The notes: generated by a model from the sequence alone, not told the origin. A stretch of 64,000 nucleotides of DNA from Candidatus Spongiisociaceae bacterium (GCA_965219685.1 CBDCOH010000002.1:448001-512000); one strand, 5' to 3'; counted from the stretch's first letter, positions 50,234-60,305 are shown. Translations and numbers: made by a program.

Positions 50234-50270
50234 CAACTAACGACTATAGACTAGGAACTAATCATCTAGG
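50234..50270. repeat. Degenerate NNACTAN heptamer run with a 22-bp motif shared with 42721-42742
   Basis: caactaa-cgactat-agactag-gaactaa; GACTAGGAACTAATCATCTAGG at 50249-50270. Confidence 0.7.
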
Positions 50271-50278
50271 AGGGTGGC

Positions 50279-51094
50279 ATGACCGGGAGACTTCCCCGAC
50301 CCATCACCTTCATGTCCGATTTCGGTTGGGATGACGAATTCGTCGGCGTGGTACACGGAGTGATCGCGACGCTGGCGCCGCCGTGCCGGGTGATCGACCT
50401 CAACCACCGGATCCCCAGGGGAGATGTCCGATCGGGTGCGCTGGCGTTGCTCCGGGCGGTCCAGTACATGCCGACCGGAGTGATCCTGGCGGTGGTGGAT
50501 CCCGGTGTGGGGACGGGACGGAGGGCCGTGGCGTTGGATACCCCCTGGGGGTACCTGGTCGGTCCTGACAACGGGCTCCTGTCGCCCGCCGCGGCTCTCT
50601 TGGGCGGGGTCACGTCGGCTTTCTCGATCGAGAACCCCGACGTGCTGCTCCCGTCGACCGGTCGGACCTTCGAAGGCCGGGACCGCTTCGCACCGGCCGC
50701 GGCGGTGCTGGCGTCGGGTGAGGCATCCCTCGCCGACCTGGGCCCGCAGGTCGATCCCCACACACTCACCCCTCTGTTGCTGCCGCTGTCCGAGGTGTCG
50801 GACGGGCAGGTCGCCGGCCAGGCCTGGTGGGTGGACACGTATGGCAACGTCCAGACCAACATCTCCCCCGAGGACCTGGGGGAAGCCGGGATGTCGCCGG
50901 GGGAGCGCCTGGTCGTGAGGGTGGGCCTGATGCGCTACAACGTTCCCTGGGCCCGGACCTACTCCGACGTCGGGGAGGGTCGACCGCTGCTATACGTCGA
51001 CTCGGCGGGCCTGATGGCGCTCGCCGTCCGTGGCGGCCGCGCCAGCGAGCATTTCACCCTGGGATTGGATACATCCTTAGTTATTAGCTGTTAG
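50279..51094 (+). CDS. SAM hydroxide adenosyltransferase / SAM-dependent halogenase family (DUF62)
   Basis: SDFG, VVDPGVG, VGPDNG, TFEGRD.FAP, D.YGN..TN. Confidence 0.9.
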   Translation: MTGRLPRPITFMSDFGWDDEFVGVVHGVIATLAPPCRVIDLNHRIPRGDVRSGALALLRAVQYMPTGVILAVVDPGVGTGRRAVALDTPWGYLVGPDNGLLSPAAALLGGVTSAFSIENPDVLLPSTGRTFEGRDRFAPAAAVLASGEASLADLGPQVDPHTLTPLLLPLSEVSDGQVAGQAWWVDTYGNVQTNISPEDLGEAGMSPGERLVVRVGLMRYNVPWARTYSDVGEGRPLLYVDSAGLMALAVRGGRASEHFTLGLDTSLVISC

Positions 51095-51212
51095 ATGTTG
51101 GGGAGCGTTATCCGGCGATCCCCCACAGTTGGATCAGGAAGACGATTCCCGCTAGGCCGATCACAGCCAGCAGAGCGAGTAGGGCGAAGGCTGTTCCCGG
51201 TCTCAACTCCTT

Positions 51213-51268
51213 TCACCACTCACCATTCACCATTCACCATTCACCATTCACTACTCACCATCCACTAC
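51213..51268. repeat. Heptamer array (TCACCAY)x~8
   Basis: Runs up to and overlaps the stop of the minus-strand cytochrome c gene. Confidence 0.92.
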
Positions 51269-52269
51269 TCGCCTTGGGCGAGCGAGTCGTCCCCCTGCCC
51301 GCCTTCCTCTTCCTCCGGTTCGGCGAAGCCGCAGTCGAACACGGCTTCCTCGACATCCTGGCCTCCGAGCACCACCCGCTCGTAGAAGACCACCGCGGCG
51401 ATCTCGTCGGGGCTGAGGGTGTCCTGGAAGGAAGGCATCTGCCCCCCGCTCCCGACCGCCTTTGCGGTATCCCCGTACGTAGCGCGGCCCTCGGACTGGA
51501 ATCCGGTGGTACCCAGTGCTACCCATTCGATGTGGTCGGTGCACATCGCGAAGGTTGAGAGAACCTCTCCCGCCAGAGCGGGTCCGGAGCCGCCCTCCCC
51601 GCCCGCGCCGTGGCATGAACTGCAACTGGAAGGCGCCGCGTACACCACGCTGGCTTCTCCGATGAGTGCCCGCACGTCCACTCCGCCCGCACCGCCGCCG
51701 GCGGCGAACTCCGACCCGTCGCAGTTCTCGACGGCTCCGGACAGGCGATCGACTGCGAGTTGGCCTCCCACCCCGCAGGTGGGGCCGTTGGCAAAGGTGA
51801 CCAGGTAGGTGAGGCCGATGAGGGGCACGGCGAAGAACAGCACCATGAGCCAGCGAGGTATCGCCGCGGCGATCCTCTCGGTGATCCCGGCGGTGGGGCC
51901 GGTGACGACAGCTTCGAAATCAAGGGCCTCCGCCACGCTGACCCGTTCGGGCGGCGGTGGGGCGCCGGTGAGCGTCGCGGCTTCGGTCACCGGCGCGGTC
52001 GGCACGGCGGCGGTCGGTTGAGCAACCGGTCCGGGAGCCGCCGGCGGTTCCGGCGGAGCCGGCTCAGGGGCCACCGGCGCGGGCGCGGCGGCAGGTGCCG
52101 CCTGGCGAGTTGCGCCTGCATCCGTGGGGGTGGGCGCGCCGCCGGCCCACGCGGCCAGCACATCCTCCACCGGGACACCGTCCGCGGCGGCTCGGGCTTC
52201 TGCCGACCGCTCGATCAGGTGCTCGGGGCTACCGAGCTTGGCCGCCGCCGCCGAGAGGAGGTCGCTCAT
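51265..52269 (-). CDS. Membrane-anchored monoheme cytochrome c with N-terminal PEHL module and Pro/Ala linker
   Basis: CSSCH, GP.L, MPSF (Met ligand), one TM helix. Confidence 0.85.
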   Translation of the reverse strand: MSDLLSAAAAKLGSPEHLIERSAEARAAADGVPVEDVLAAWAGGAPTPTDAGATRQAAPAAAPAPVAPEPAPPEPPAAPGPVAQPTAAVPTAPVTEAATLTGAPPPPERVSVAEALDFEAVVTGPTAGITERIAAAIPRWLMVLFFAVPLIGLTYLVTFANGPTCGVGGQLAVDRLSGAVENCDGSEFAAGGGAGGVDVRALIGEASVVYAAPSSCSSCHGAGGEGGSGPALAGEVLSTFAMCTDHIEWVALGTTGFQSEGRATYGDTAKAVGSGGQMPSFQDTLSPDEIAAVVFYERVVLGGQDVEEAVFDCGFAEPEEEEGGQGDDSLAQGE

Positions 52270-52384
52270 GCGGTCGCCTCGCTCTGCTCAGGTGTCGGGT
52301 GCCTGGTGCCTGGTGCGGTTGCGTGCAGGTTGCTCAGGTCGGACATCGGAAGTCGGGCATGGGACAAGAGCGCCACCGTCATCG

Positions 52385-53200
52385 TCACCTTGATTCCGCC
52401 AGGTAGGTGGCCAACGCCGTCAGGTCGGTGTCCGAAAGGTGGCTGTAAGAAGGATGCATGCCCTCAGGCAAGACCTGCCCTGGATGCGTCAAGAACGCGA
52501 TGAACTCGTCGGCCGTGGCCGGTCCATCCTCACCTCCGTAGGAGGGACGAGCGCCGACGTGGGCCAGGTCGGGGCCGATCCGCTGCACGCCGAACGTGGA
52601 GGTGCTCAGCGCGTCGGCGAAGGTCTCGGTGGCCGGGCCCAGTCCCACATCGGCCAAAACAGGTCGCACGAGTTGCGTATGGCAGTAGCCGCAGCCGTGG
52701 TTCAGGTAGACAGCCCGTCCCCGCTCGCCAAGATCGGTCAGTTGGGCGTCGGGAACCAGATGGCGGTAGTCGCCGCCGGCGTTGAACGGTCCGATCAATG
52801 TGATCAGCAGTCCGAGCAGGAAGAGACCCGCCATCATCAGCCAGGTGCGTGCCGGGTGGAAGCGTCGCCCTTCCAGGATGGGCGTGGCCTTGCTGCGCGC
52901 GGGGGCGACCGTCACCGCAGGGGCCGCCACCTCCGGCACGATCGTGGCGACGGCGGCAGGGGTGGGCGCGGTGGTCGCGGCCTGCGCGACGGGAGCGGGG
53001 GCCGGAGCCGCCGGCTCGGGTTGGGGCGGAGCGGTCTGTGTGGTGGGAGCGGGCGTCGGAGGGGGTGCTCCGCCCCCCCAGGCGCTGAGAACGGCCTCGT
53101 AGGTCGTGCCGTCGGCCTCGGCTCGCGCTTGGGCTGCACGCTCCACGAGGTGCTCGGGTGCTCCGAGGGCCGCCGCGGCCGCCGCTAGCAGGTCACTCAT
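52385..53200 (-). CDS. cbb3-type oxidase subunit II (CcoO)-like cytochrome c with N-terminal PEHL module
   Basis: GRAVY...GCGYCHTQ.VRP and RIGPDLAHVG.R motifs. Confidence 0.82.
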   Translation of the reverse strand: MSDLLAAAAAALGAPEHLVERAAQARAEADGTTYEAVLSAWGGGAPPPTPAPTTQTAPPQPEPAAPAPAPVAQAATTAPTPAAVATIVPEVAAPAVTVAPARSKATPILEGRRFHPARTWLMMAGLFLLGLLITLIGPFNAGGDYRHLVPDAQLTDLGERGRAVYLNHGCGYCHTQLVRPVLADVGLGPATETFADALSTSTFGVQRIGPDLAHVGARPSYGGEDGPATADEFIAFLTHPGQVLPEGMHPSYSHLSDTDLTALATYLAESR

Positions 53201-54653
53201 CGCCGGATCCCGGTCGCTCGGCGGCGCTAACCGGCATCAGCATCTCGACCGCGCGGGCCGGTCCCGCCACGTAGGTTCCTATGGCTGCCCAAGCCAGCAG
53301 GGCGATCCCGACCACGGCCATCACTGAGGCGAGGGCGGCCAGCGTGAACAGGACATCTACCGTGGCGAGCGTCTCGGAGAACCCGCTCCCGCTGTTGGCA
53401 CGGGCGCCCGAGGCGGTAGCCCAGTTCCAGGTGAGACCTGCAACCAGGCCGGCCAGTGCCATCGCGCCGGCGGCAACGCCGCCGCCCCAAAGCACCAGCC
53501 GGAGCCCGCGATTCACCGTTTCGATGCCGGAGAACTCCCGTCCGGTGGTGCGGGGGAACGCGTAGTAGACGAATCCCAGGCCGAGAACCGGTATCGCCAC
53601 CAGCATGAGGCCGGTGGCCAACCCGTCGTGCCAAGTGGTGAGACCCACCACTGCCGCTACAGAGCGAAAGCCGGATGCACCGATCAGGAAGGTGATCAGG
53701 CTGTACGCGATCGTTCCGACCAGCACCATGCGCGTGACCACGCTCTGGCGGGCGGTCTCCCACTCACCCGAAAGCGTCAGCCCGATGTTGGCCGCCACGG
53801 TCAGTGCCGACAGGGCCAGCCCCATGGAAGCGGCAACGGCGACCGTCTCGGTCCAGTCGGGGGCGGGACCGCCCAGGTACCGGGCGGGGGTGGCCAGCAG
53901 AGCGGTACCGGCGAGAGTCCAGAATCCTGCCCGGGCCAGCGGGCCGGAGAAGAGGGGCCGGCCACTTTCCTTGACGACGATGTAGTAGGCGCCCCCGATA
54001 GCAGCCGCCGGGAAGGCCAGCGTCAGCATCCCCCCCGCCACCACGCTTGTCTGGAGGAACGGGCCGATCCCTCCCAGGCCGGGGATGCTCCCCGTCACGT
54101 AGAGCGCCGGATACCACCACACCGCTCCTACGACGTACAGAAGGGAGACGTAGGTTCCCTGTTCGGTCCGCTCCCGAATCATCGAGGTCACGATCAGGGC
54201 GGGAACGAGCGAAGCCGCCGCGAGCGGCCAGTCCAGCAGCGGGGGGAACTCGGCCAGTTCCGATCCCGCCGGACCGCGGAACAGGACGACCAGCACTCCG
54301 ACCACGACCAGGCCGGCATGGGCGGTTCCCGACAGCAGAGCCACCGTCTGGCGGCGCAGGGGGACACCCACAAGCCGCGGCGTCAGGTAGTACACGACGG
54401 CATGGGTGAGGGTTCCGCCGAATCCGTAGACGAGCATGGACCACGCCGCCGGGCGGAGGCGCCCGAAGGAAAGGAAGGCCGTGTCCGCGAACAGGGTCGG
54501 TACGGCCAGCTTGATGAACATCACTGACAGCAGGCCTGCACCCGCCAGCGCCAGGAGGCAGGCGAGAAGCATGAGGCCGGACGCAGCGACCTCGCGCCTG
54601 TCCTCCCAGGTTCCGGTATCCGGAGAACCACCGTCGGTCTGCTCGTGCTCCAA
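53193..54653 (-). CDS. cbb3-type oxidase subunit I (CcoN)-like protein lacking metal-ligand histidines
   Basis: CcoN landmarks FGRLRP, E.AE, YY...K..GRP..S, PDW, TLSG.W are kept; the His ligand positions are substituted. Confidence 0.75.
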   Translation of the reverse strand: MEHEQTDGGSPDTGTWEDRREVAASGLMLLACLLALAGAGLLSVMFIKLAVPTLFADTAFLSFGRLRPAAWSMLVYGFGGTLTHAVVYYLTPRLVGVPLRRQTVALLSGTAHAGLVVVGVLVVLFRGPAGSELAEFPPLLDWPLAAASLVPALIVTSMIRERTEQGTYVSLLYVVGAVWWYPALYVTGSIPGLGGIGPFLQTSVVAGGMLTLAFPAAAIGGAYYIVVKESGRPLFSGPLARAGFWTLAGTALLATPARYLGGPAPDWTETVAVAASMGLALSALTVAANIGLTLSGEWETARQSVVTRMVLVGTIAYSLITFLIGASGFRSVAAVVGLTTWHDGLATGLMLVAIPVLGLGFVYYAFPRTTGREFSGIETVNRGLRLVLWGGGVAAGAMALAGLVAGLTWNWATASGARANSGSGFSETLATVDVLFTLAALASVMAVVGIALLAWAAIGTYVAGPARAVEMLMPVSAAERPGSGDE

Positions 54654-54984
54654 GCCCGATTACTCCTCGTGTCCCGTTGCTTGCCTCAGCGTAGATTAAC
54701 GTCGTGACGACGCCCGTCATCCGGCCCCGGAGGCCCACGTTCGTGGCGGTCCGCTCGGCTCACCCGTTCCCGCCCACCGGGCGGGACCCCTGGGCTTCCG
54801 AGGATACGCCGCCGACGGATGGGTTTAGCGAGCGACCACCTTTCTGCTTCAATGGGTTGGACTGATCGGAATGATTCCGAGCCCGTAGACGGTGGGTCCG
54901 CGCGGTCTCCGATGAGGGAGAGAAACCGGGCGGTCGGCAGGGCCGGGCGACCCGAGTCGAGGCGACACGGAGGCTAACTACCAG

Positions 54985-55758
54985 ATGGTGCAACGCAGGC
55001 TTCGGCAGATGAGCGGCAAGGAGCGAGCGCTCGTCGGCTGGGCGTTGTTTGTTCTGGGCCTGGGAGCCTTGGTCGTGGGCATCTGGTTCAACCACTACTC
55101 GAACTTCCCGTCGTTCGAGACCGTCACCATCGCCGTGGACGAGGCGTCGGGAGTCCGCGCCGGCGATCGCATCATGTACGAGCGCGAGATGCGGACAGTG
55201 GCCAGGACGCCGTCGGTGGACCCGTCCCTTCCGCAGGTTCCGGTGGACATGATGGTCGAAGTCGACAACTTCGGCTGGTTGCCGCGCGACTGCCTGATCC
55301 GGGGCGGCGACTGGTGCCTTCCGTGGTCCACCCTGGGCCACCTGGTCGCCTTCGGCGGAAGCCAGTTGATGCTCCTCGGAGTTGCCATCGCGGTGATTCT
55401 CGGCAGGCGAATGACCTGGTCGGTGGCTTCCCTGGCCGCTTTCCTCGCGATGCTCGAGCTGGTAATCCTGCTGGGAACGGTGGCGTCGGAGTGGCTCAAC
55501 CTGGCCCAAGGGCCCCTCAACTGGACCGAGCAGAACGACGCCTTCGGCATCTGGGCTCCACTCGTGCTCGGCAACCAGGTGGGGGTCAGTTGGGGCGCCA
55601 TCAAGGACTTCGTGTCGATCAACTACAACATGGGCGCCCTCACCTTTATCATTCTCTTCGCCCGTTGGATCCAGGGCTTCGGTGGTCCGATGCCCGAGGA
55701 GAAGCAGTCGCAGACGGTCTCGCCGTACGGGCGCCCGCTGGTCAAAGGAGCCGAGTAG
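54985..55758 (+). CDS. Hypothetical membrane protein, first gene of the bc-type operon
   Basis: About four TM helices; ends SPYGRPLVKG; stop abuts the ferredoxin start. Confidence 0.7.
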   Translation: MVQRRLRQMSGKERALVGWALFVLGLGALVVGIWFNHYSNFPSFETVTIAVDEASGVRAGDRIMYEREMRTVARTPSVDPSLPQVPVDMMVEVDNFGWLPRDCLIRGGDWCLPWSTLGHLVAFGGSQLMLLGVAIAVILGRRMTWSVASLAAFLAMLELVILLGTVASEWLNLAQGPLNWTEQNDAFGIWAPLVLGNQVGVSWGAIKDFVSINYNMGALTFIILFARWIQGFGGPMPEEKQSQTVSPYGRPLVKGAE

Positions 55759-56214
55759 ATGGCCAAGTCCGAGGTCTGGTTCGAGACGCCGCCGTTCCGT
55801 GATGACTACCAATTGGCGATGGTGGATAGCGATTACGTCCAGAGCCAGGTCCGGCCCAAGCAGTTCCTCCACATCAACCAGGCCGAGTGCATCCTGTGTG
55901 AGGGCTGTGTCGACATTTGCCCGTGGAAGTGCATCCACTACCTATCCCTCGACGCCATCGACGAGGCGCACGGTGTCGACCACCCGACTGACAGCTCGGA
56001 CAACCTGGGGTTCTTCGTAGTCGACGAGTACGAGTGCACCAGGTGCCAGCTCTGCATCGACCGGTGCCCCACGAACGTGATTTCGATCGGTAAGTTCGCG
56101 GGGTCGGTCACCGATACGGCGATGAACGCGGGGTTGATAGATCAGGCGCCCTGGGACCAGGACACCGGTGCCCGTGACTTCAAGAACGGCTACACCTACG
56201 GCATGCGCTGGTAG
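55759..56214 (+). CDS. 2x[4Fe-4S] ferredoxin
   Basis: CILCEGCVDICP and CTRCQLCIDRCP. Confidence 0.93.
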   Translation: MAKSEVWFETPPFRDDYQLAMVDSDYVQSQVRPKQFLHINQAECILCEGCVDICPWKCIHYLSLDAIDEAHGVDHPTDSSDNLGFFVVDEYECTRCQLCIDRCPTNVISIGKFAGSVTDTAMNAGLIDQAPWDQDTGARDFKNGYTYGMRW

Positions 56215-56229
56215 ACGGAGGCTCGAGTA

Positions 56230-57003
56230 ATGGTGCTGGGAGATGGTATGAAGCTAAAGGAGCGGGTGTCGGACGCCGCCGACTCCTTCCGTCGCAGCGC
56301 CTTCTGGGAGTCGATGTTCCGTCCGGGGTCTCCCTTCAAGCGAGGGTACAGCGACAGCCCACGTAACCGTTCTTACGTAATCATGAACAACGTCCTGTAT
56401 CACCTGCACCCGGTCAAGGTCAAACGGCACGCGGTCCGACTCTCCTACACGCTGTGCCTCGGTGGTACGAGCTTCTTCCTGTTCATCCTGCTCACGATCA
56501 CCGGCATCTTCCTCATGTTCTACTACCGACCCACCTCCCCTGCCGCATATATCGATGTCGAGGCGCTCTCGACCTCGGTCGCCTTCGGATCGCTGGTCCG
56601 CAACCTCCACCGGTGGGGCGCCCACCTGATGGTCCTGACGGTCTTCCTGCACATGTCGAGGGTGTTCTACCACGGCGCGTACAAGCCCCCGCGCGAGTTC
56701 AACTGGGTGGTGGGCGTGGTCCTCCTGCTGCTGACCCTTCTGCTCTCCTTCACCGGTTACCTGCTGCCGTGGGACCAGTTGGCGCTGTGGGCGGTGACGG
56801 TGGGCACCAACATGGCCGGCTTCACGCCCGTCTTCGGCAACCAGGTGAAGTTCGCCCTGCTGGGCGGGATCGAAGTGACCGGGAATACGCTGCTGCGTTT
56901 CTACGTCCTCCACGTCCTGTTCCTGCCTTTCGTGATCGTCATCTTCATGGCGGTTCACTTCTGGCGGGTGCGCAAGGACGGTGGGATATCAGGGCCGCTA
57001 TAG
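56230..57003 (+). CDS. Cytochrome b6-like subunit (N-terminal half of a split cytochrome b)
   Basis: CLGG, H.WGAH...[20 protein letters not shown]...HF. Confidence 0.93.
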   Translation: MVLGDGMKLKERVSDAADSFRRSAFWESMFRPGSPFKRGYSDSPRNRSYVIMNNVLYHLHPVKVKRHAVRLSYTLCLGGTSFFLFILLTITGIFLMFYYRPTSPAAYIDVEALSTSVAFGSLVRNLHRWGAHLMVLTVFLHMSRVFYHGAYKPPREFNWVVGVVLLLLTLLLSFTGYLLPWDQLALWAVTVGTNMAGFTPVFGNQVKFALLGGIEVTGNTLLRFYVLHVLFLPFVIVIFMAVHFWRVRKDGGISGPL

Positions 57004-57020
57004 GAGACGTCTGAGAACCG

Positions 57021-57926
57021 ATGGTGGAGATACCCGAACACCTGCTACGACGCTCAGCGGAGGCGAAGGCGAAGGCTCTCGGCGTTCCGGTGGACCAGGT
57101 GCTGGCCGAGATGCGAGGTGAGACCGCCCCGCAAGCAGCGGAGGCACCGGCCGCACCGCCGGTTCCACCACCCCTGTCGACCCCGGATCCCGCGGCTCCG
57201 GTCGTCCCGGCGCCGCCCGCTCCCGTTCCACCGGCGCCGGCGCCCCCGCCGGATCCGGTAGCCGAGACGCCTGCGCCGGTGGCGGTCGTCGAGGAGGCAC
57301 CTGTGGCGGCGGCCACCACGGTCACGCCGCCCGTGTCGGGCAACGGCGCCGCGACCACGGTCTCCCCACGTCCGGTGGCGCCACCGGAGGAGATACCGGA
57401 GGGAGTGAGACCCCAGCGCCTGCTCACGGTGGTGAAGGCGCGGGCCATCCAGCAGGTCAAGGCCACGCCCACCGACAAGGTCAACACCTGGCCTCACCTG
57501 ATGATCGCCGAGTTCACGGCGTTGATGGTGGTCACCGCGGCTCTGATCGTCCTGTCGGTGATCCTCCAGGCGCCACTACTGGAGTTGGCCAACTTCAACG
57601 AGACGCCGAACCCGTCGAAGGCGCCGTGGTACTTCCTCGGCTTGCAGGAACTGCTCTCCTACTACGACCCCCAGGTCGCAGGCGTGATCATCCCGACCAT
57701 CACCGGGCTGCTGGGTTTCATGGCAATTCCCTACGTGGACCGCAACCCCTCCACCAAGCCCTCGGACCGCAAGTTCGCAATCATGCTGTTCACGCTCTTC
57801 CTCGCCGGATCCGCGACGCTCACGCTGCTGGGGACCCTGTTCAGGGGTCCCGGCTTCAACTTCACGTACCCGTGGGCCGACGGGATCTGGTTCGATGACC
57901 TCAAGGACTGGGTGCACTTCGAATGA
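57021..57926 (+). CDS. Cytochrome b6 subunit IV-like protein with N-terminal PEHL module
   Basis: [19 protein letters not shown] (PEWY-equivalent), PYVD. Confidence 0.88.
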   Translation: MVEIPEHLLRRSAEAKAKALGVPVDQVLAEMRGETAPQAAEAPAAPPVPPPLSTPDPAAPVVPAPPAPVPPAPAPPPDPVAETPAPVAVVEEAPVAAATTVTPPVSGNGAATTVSPRPVAPPEEIPEGVRPQRLLTVVKARAIQQVKATPTDKVNTWPHLMIAEFTALMVVTAALIVLSVILQAPLLELANFNETPNPSKAPWYFLGLQELLSYYDPQVAGVIIPTITGLLGFMAIPYVDRNPSTKPSDRKFAIMLFTLFLAGSATLTLLGTLFRGPGFNFTYPWADGIWFDDLKDWVHFE

Positions 57927-58834
57927 CCACCCTCCAGTTGCTGATCGTGGCGATCTCCGGAGTCGTGGTGGTAGGTGTGCTGGGGGCATTCGTGATCGCC
58001 TACCGCCGCACCGCCGGCCCGACCCGACCGTCGCGATCCTGGAGGTCGGAGGTGTCGCGCGAGACGCGTAAGGCGGATCGGTCGGCAATGCCGTCGAGAC
58101 TGGTCGTCCGGCGCCCGGAGCCCGCTCCCGAGCCAGAGCCCGAGGCCGACCCGACCGTCAGCGGCGTTCCCGACGAACCGGAGGTGTCACCGGCCCCGGT
58201 GGCTGTGCAGACGGTGGAAGTGCTGCGCGTCGAGGAACTCTCGCCCCAGGAGGCCGGCGTCAACCGCCGCCAGTTCTTCACCCGGGCGCTCGGCATCACG
58301 TTCGGTGCCTTCCTGGGCCTCAACGGCATCTCCTACCTGGCGTTCCTCTGGCCCCGCCTGTCCGGCGGGTTCGGGTCGGACATCGATGTCGGCGCCCTCG
58401 CCGATCTGCAGTCCGAGGTGATCCAGGACGATGGGTCGATACTCCCCAAGTTCGTGCCCGAGGCCCGGGCCTACATCATCCCCTTCGCCGAGTCCGACAT
58501 GTCCCGATCGCAGTTCGGGGGGATGCCGGTCGTGGCCGGCGGGCTCTCCGCTCTGTTCCAGCGGTGCGTCCACCTCGGTTGCCGGGTTCCGTGGTGCGAG
58601 ACCTCGCAGGGCTTCGAATGCCCCTGCCACGGCTCGAAGTACAACTACGCCGGGGAGTACGAGGCGGGTCCGGCGCCCCGCAACCTGGACAGGTTCGAAG
58701 TGTTAGACGTCAACGGCCGCATGATCGTCAAGACCGGCACGATCTTCCAGACTGCCCGGGCCATCGCCAAGACCGTGTCTTACCCCCAGGGCCCCTCGTG
58801 CATCGCCCTGACGACCACTGACGAGGAGGCCTAG
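57923..58834 (+). CDS. Rieske iron-sulfur subunit of a bc/b6-type complex
   Basis: Tat-like [25 protein letters not shown]. Confidence 0.93.
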   Translation: MTTLQLLIVAISGVVVVGVLGAFVIAYRRTAGPTRPSRSWRSEVSRETRKADRSAMPSRLVVRRPEPAPEPEPEADPTVSGVPDEPEVSPAPVAVQTVEVLRVEELSPQEAGVNRRQFFTRALGITFGAFLGLNGISYLAFLWPRLSGGFGSDIDVGALADLQSEVIQDDGSILPKFVPEARAYIIPFAESDMSRSQFGGMPVVAGGLSALFQRCVHLGCRVPWCETSQGFECPCHGSKYNYAGEYEAGPAPRNLDRFEVLDVNGRMIVKTGTIFQTARAIAKTVSYPQGPSCIALTTTDEEA

Positions 58835-58838
58835 GCCG

Positions 58839-60305
58839 GTGGCAACCCTGGTCGTGACCATCGTCGCCCTGGGCGCGATCGGTTGGTTCGCCTATCTCGT
58901 GGGCTCCGGTTCGCGGCGGGACCGCAAGGATCCTGTGCCGGCCAACCTGTCCGCCTCCCAGACCGACGACGAGATGGAGACCAGGCGTCTCGACCGGACG
59001 CTGGTCGGCGCGGTGCTCAGCGCGGCCTTCCTCACCCTGGCCATGCCCATCTACTACCTCGGGGAACTCGACCGGCAAGAGGGCTTCGTGGAGGAATTCG
59101 GCGATGCGTCCCTGGAGCGGGGGCACCATGTCTGGGAGGAGTTCGGTTGCGGCGACTGCCACGGGGTGGCGGCCGGAGGCGGCGTGGCGGCGTTCCTCGA
59201 GGAACGTTCCCAGGTCAACGTGGCGGGCTGGGCCGCTCCGGCACTCGACGACATCTTCTACCGGTACGACCGGGACGAGGTCGCGTTCTGGATCGTCTAC
59301 GGCCGGGCAAACTCTCCGATGCCTCCATGGGGCCTGGACGGCGGGGGCCCTCTGAACAGCCAGCAGATCGACGACTTGCTCAACTACATCCAGTCGATCC
59401 AGATCGACCAACCGGGCGCTCTGCTCAAGATCGAAGGCTCCGTGAACGGAGCGGTCAGCCGCCTGGACGGAGCGGCCGACGCGGTCGACGCCCAGATCTC
59501 CGAGCAACTGCGACTCATCGAGACCATAGAGACAGCCGGGCCGACCTCCGTGGTGATCTCCGATCTCGCGGAACGCGCCCGTGATCTGCTGGACGGGGCC
59601 GGATCCGGCATCGACACCGATGGCGACGGCCTCTCCGACGTGACCGAGATCGGCCTCACAGCTGTCCTGCAGGAGGCTCTCGCGGGTGGATTCGTCGCCA
59701 CCGAACTCACTTTCGACCCCCGCAACGCCGAGACGTTGATCGGTATCCGGGACGGCTCGTCGGCTGCCAGGGCCGTTGGAGACCTCGAGTCGAGCGCCAC
59801 CTCGCTCACCATAACCCTCCAGAACCAGGAGGTCCTCCTGGAGCAGGCCCGGTTCGGGCTGGGATTCCTGGAGGCTGCCGCTCGCAACGAACGCTGGACG
59901 GTGGACATGGACGCGGTGGCCCGGGCGACCTTCGACGGTGACGGAGAAGTGGCGGCCCGGGCAGTGAGTCTCTACAACGCCTACTGCGCCAGATGCCACA
60001 CCGCCGGGTACTCGGCCGGGCCCTCCTTCCAGCAGGCCCAGGCGTCCGGAGCTCTGGGTCCCTCCCTGCGCGACGGACGGGCGCTCACCCAGTTCCTCAC
60101 CCATGAGGACATGTACGACTTCATCTCGGTCGGTTCCGTGTCGGGACAGGGTTACGGCGTAAACGGGGTGGGCTCGGGACGGATGCCCGGATTCGGTATG
60201 GTGCTGTCCGCAGAGGATCTCGATCTGATCGTCCAGTACCTCCGCGGGGTGACCCTGGACGGCAATGACTACGTGGACGGAAGCGACCCGGGAGGAGGGG
60301 AGTAG
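58839..60305 (+). CDS. Membrane-anchored diheme cytochrome c
   Basis: CGDCH...MPPW and CARCH...MPGF; two N-terminal TM helices. Confidence 0.88.
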   Translation: MATLVVTIVALGAIGWFAYLVGSGSRRDRKDPVPANLSASQTDDEMETRRLDRTLVGAVLSAAFLTLAMPIYYLGELDRQEGFVEEFGDASLERGHHVWEEFGCGDCHGVAAGGGVAAFLEERSQVNVAGWAAPALDDIFYRYDRDEVAFWIVYGRANSPMPPWGLDGGGPLNSQQIDDLLNYIQSIQIDQPGALLKIEGSVNGAVSRLDGAADAVDAQISEQLRLIETIETAGPTSVVISDLAERARDLLDGAGSGIDTDGDGLSDVTEIGLTAVLQEALAGGFVATELTFDPRNAETLIGIRDGSSAARAVGDLESSATSLTITLQNQEVLLEQARFGLGFLEAAARNERWTVDMDAVARATFDGDGEVAARAVSLYNAYCARCHTAGYSAGPSFQQAQASGALGPSLRDGRALTQFLTHEDMYDFISVGSVSGQGYGVNGVGSGRMPGFGMVLSAEDLDLIVQYLRGVTLDGNDYVDGSDPGGGE

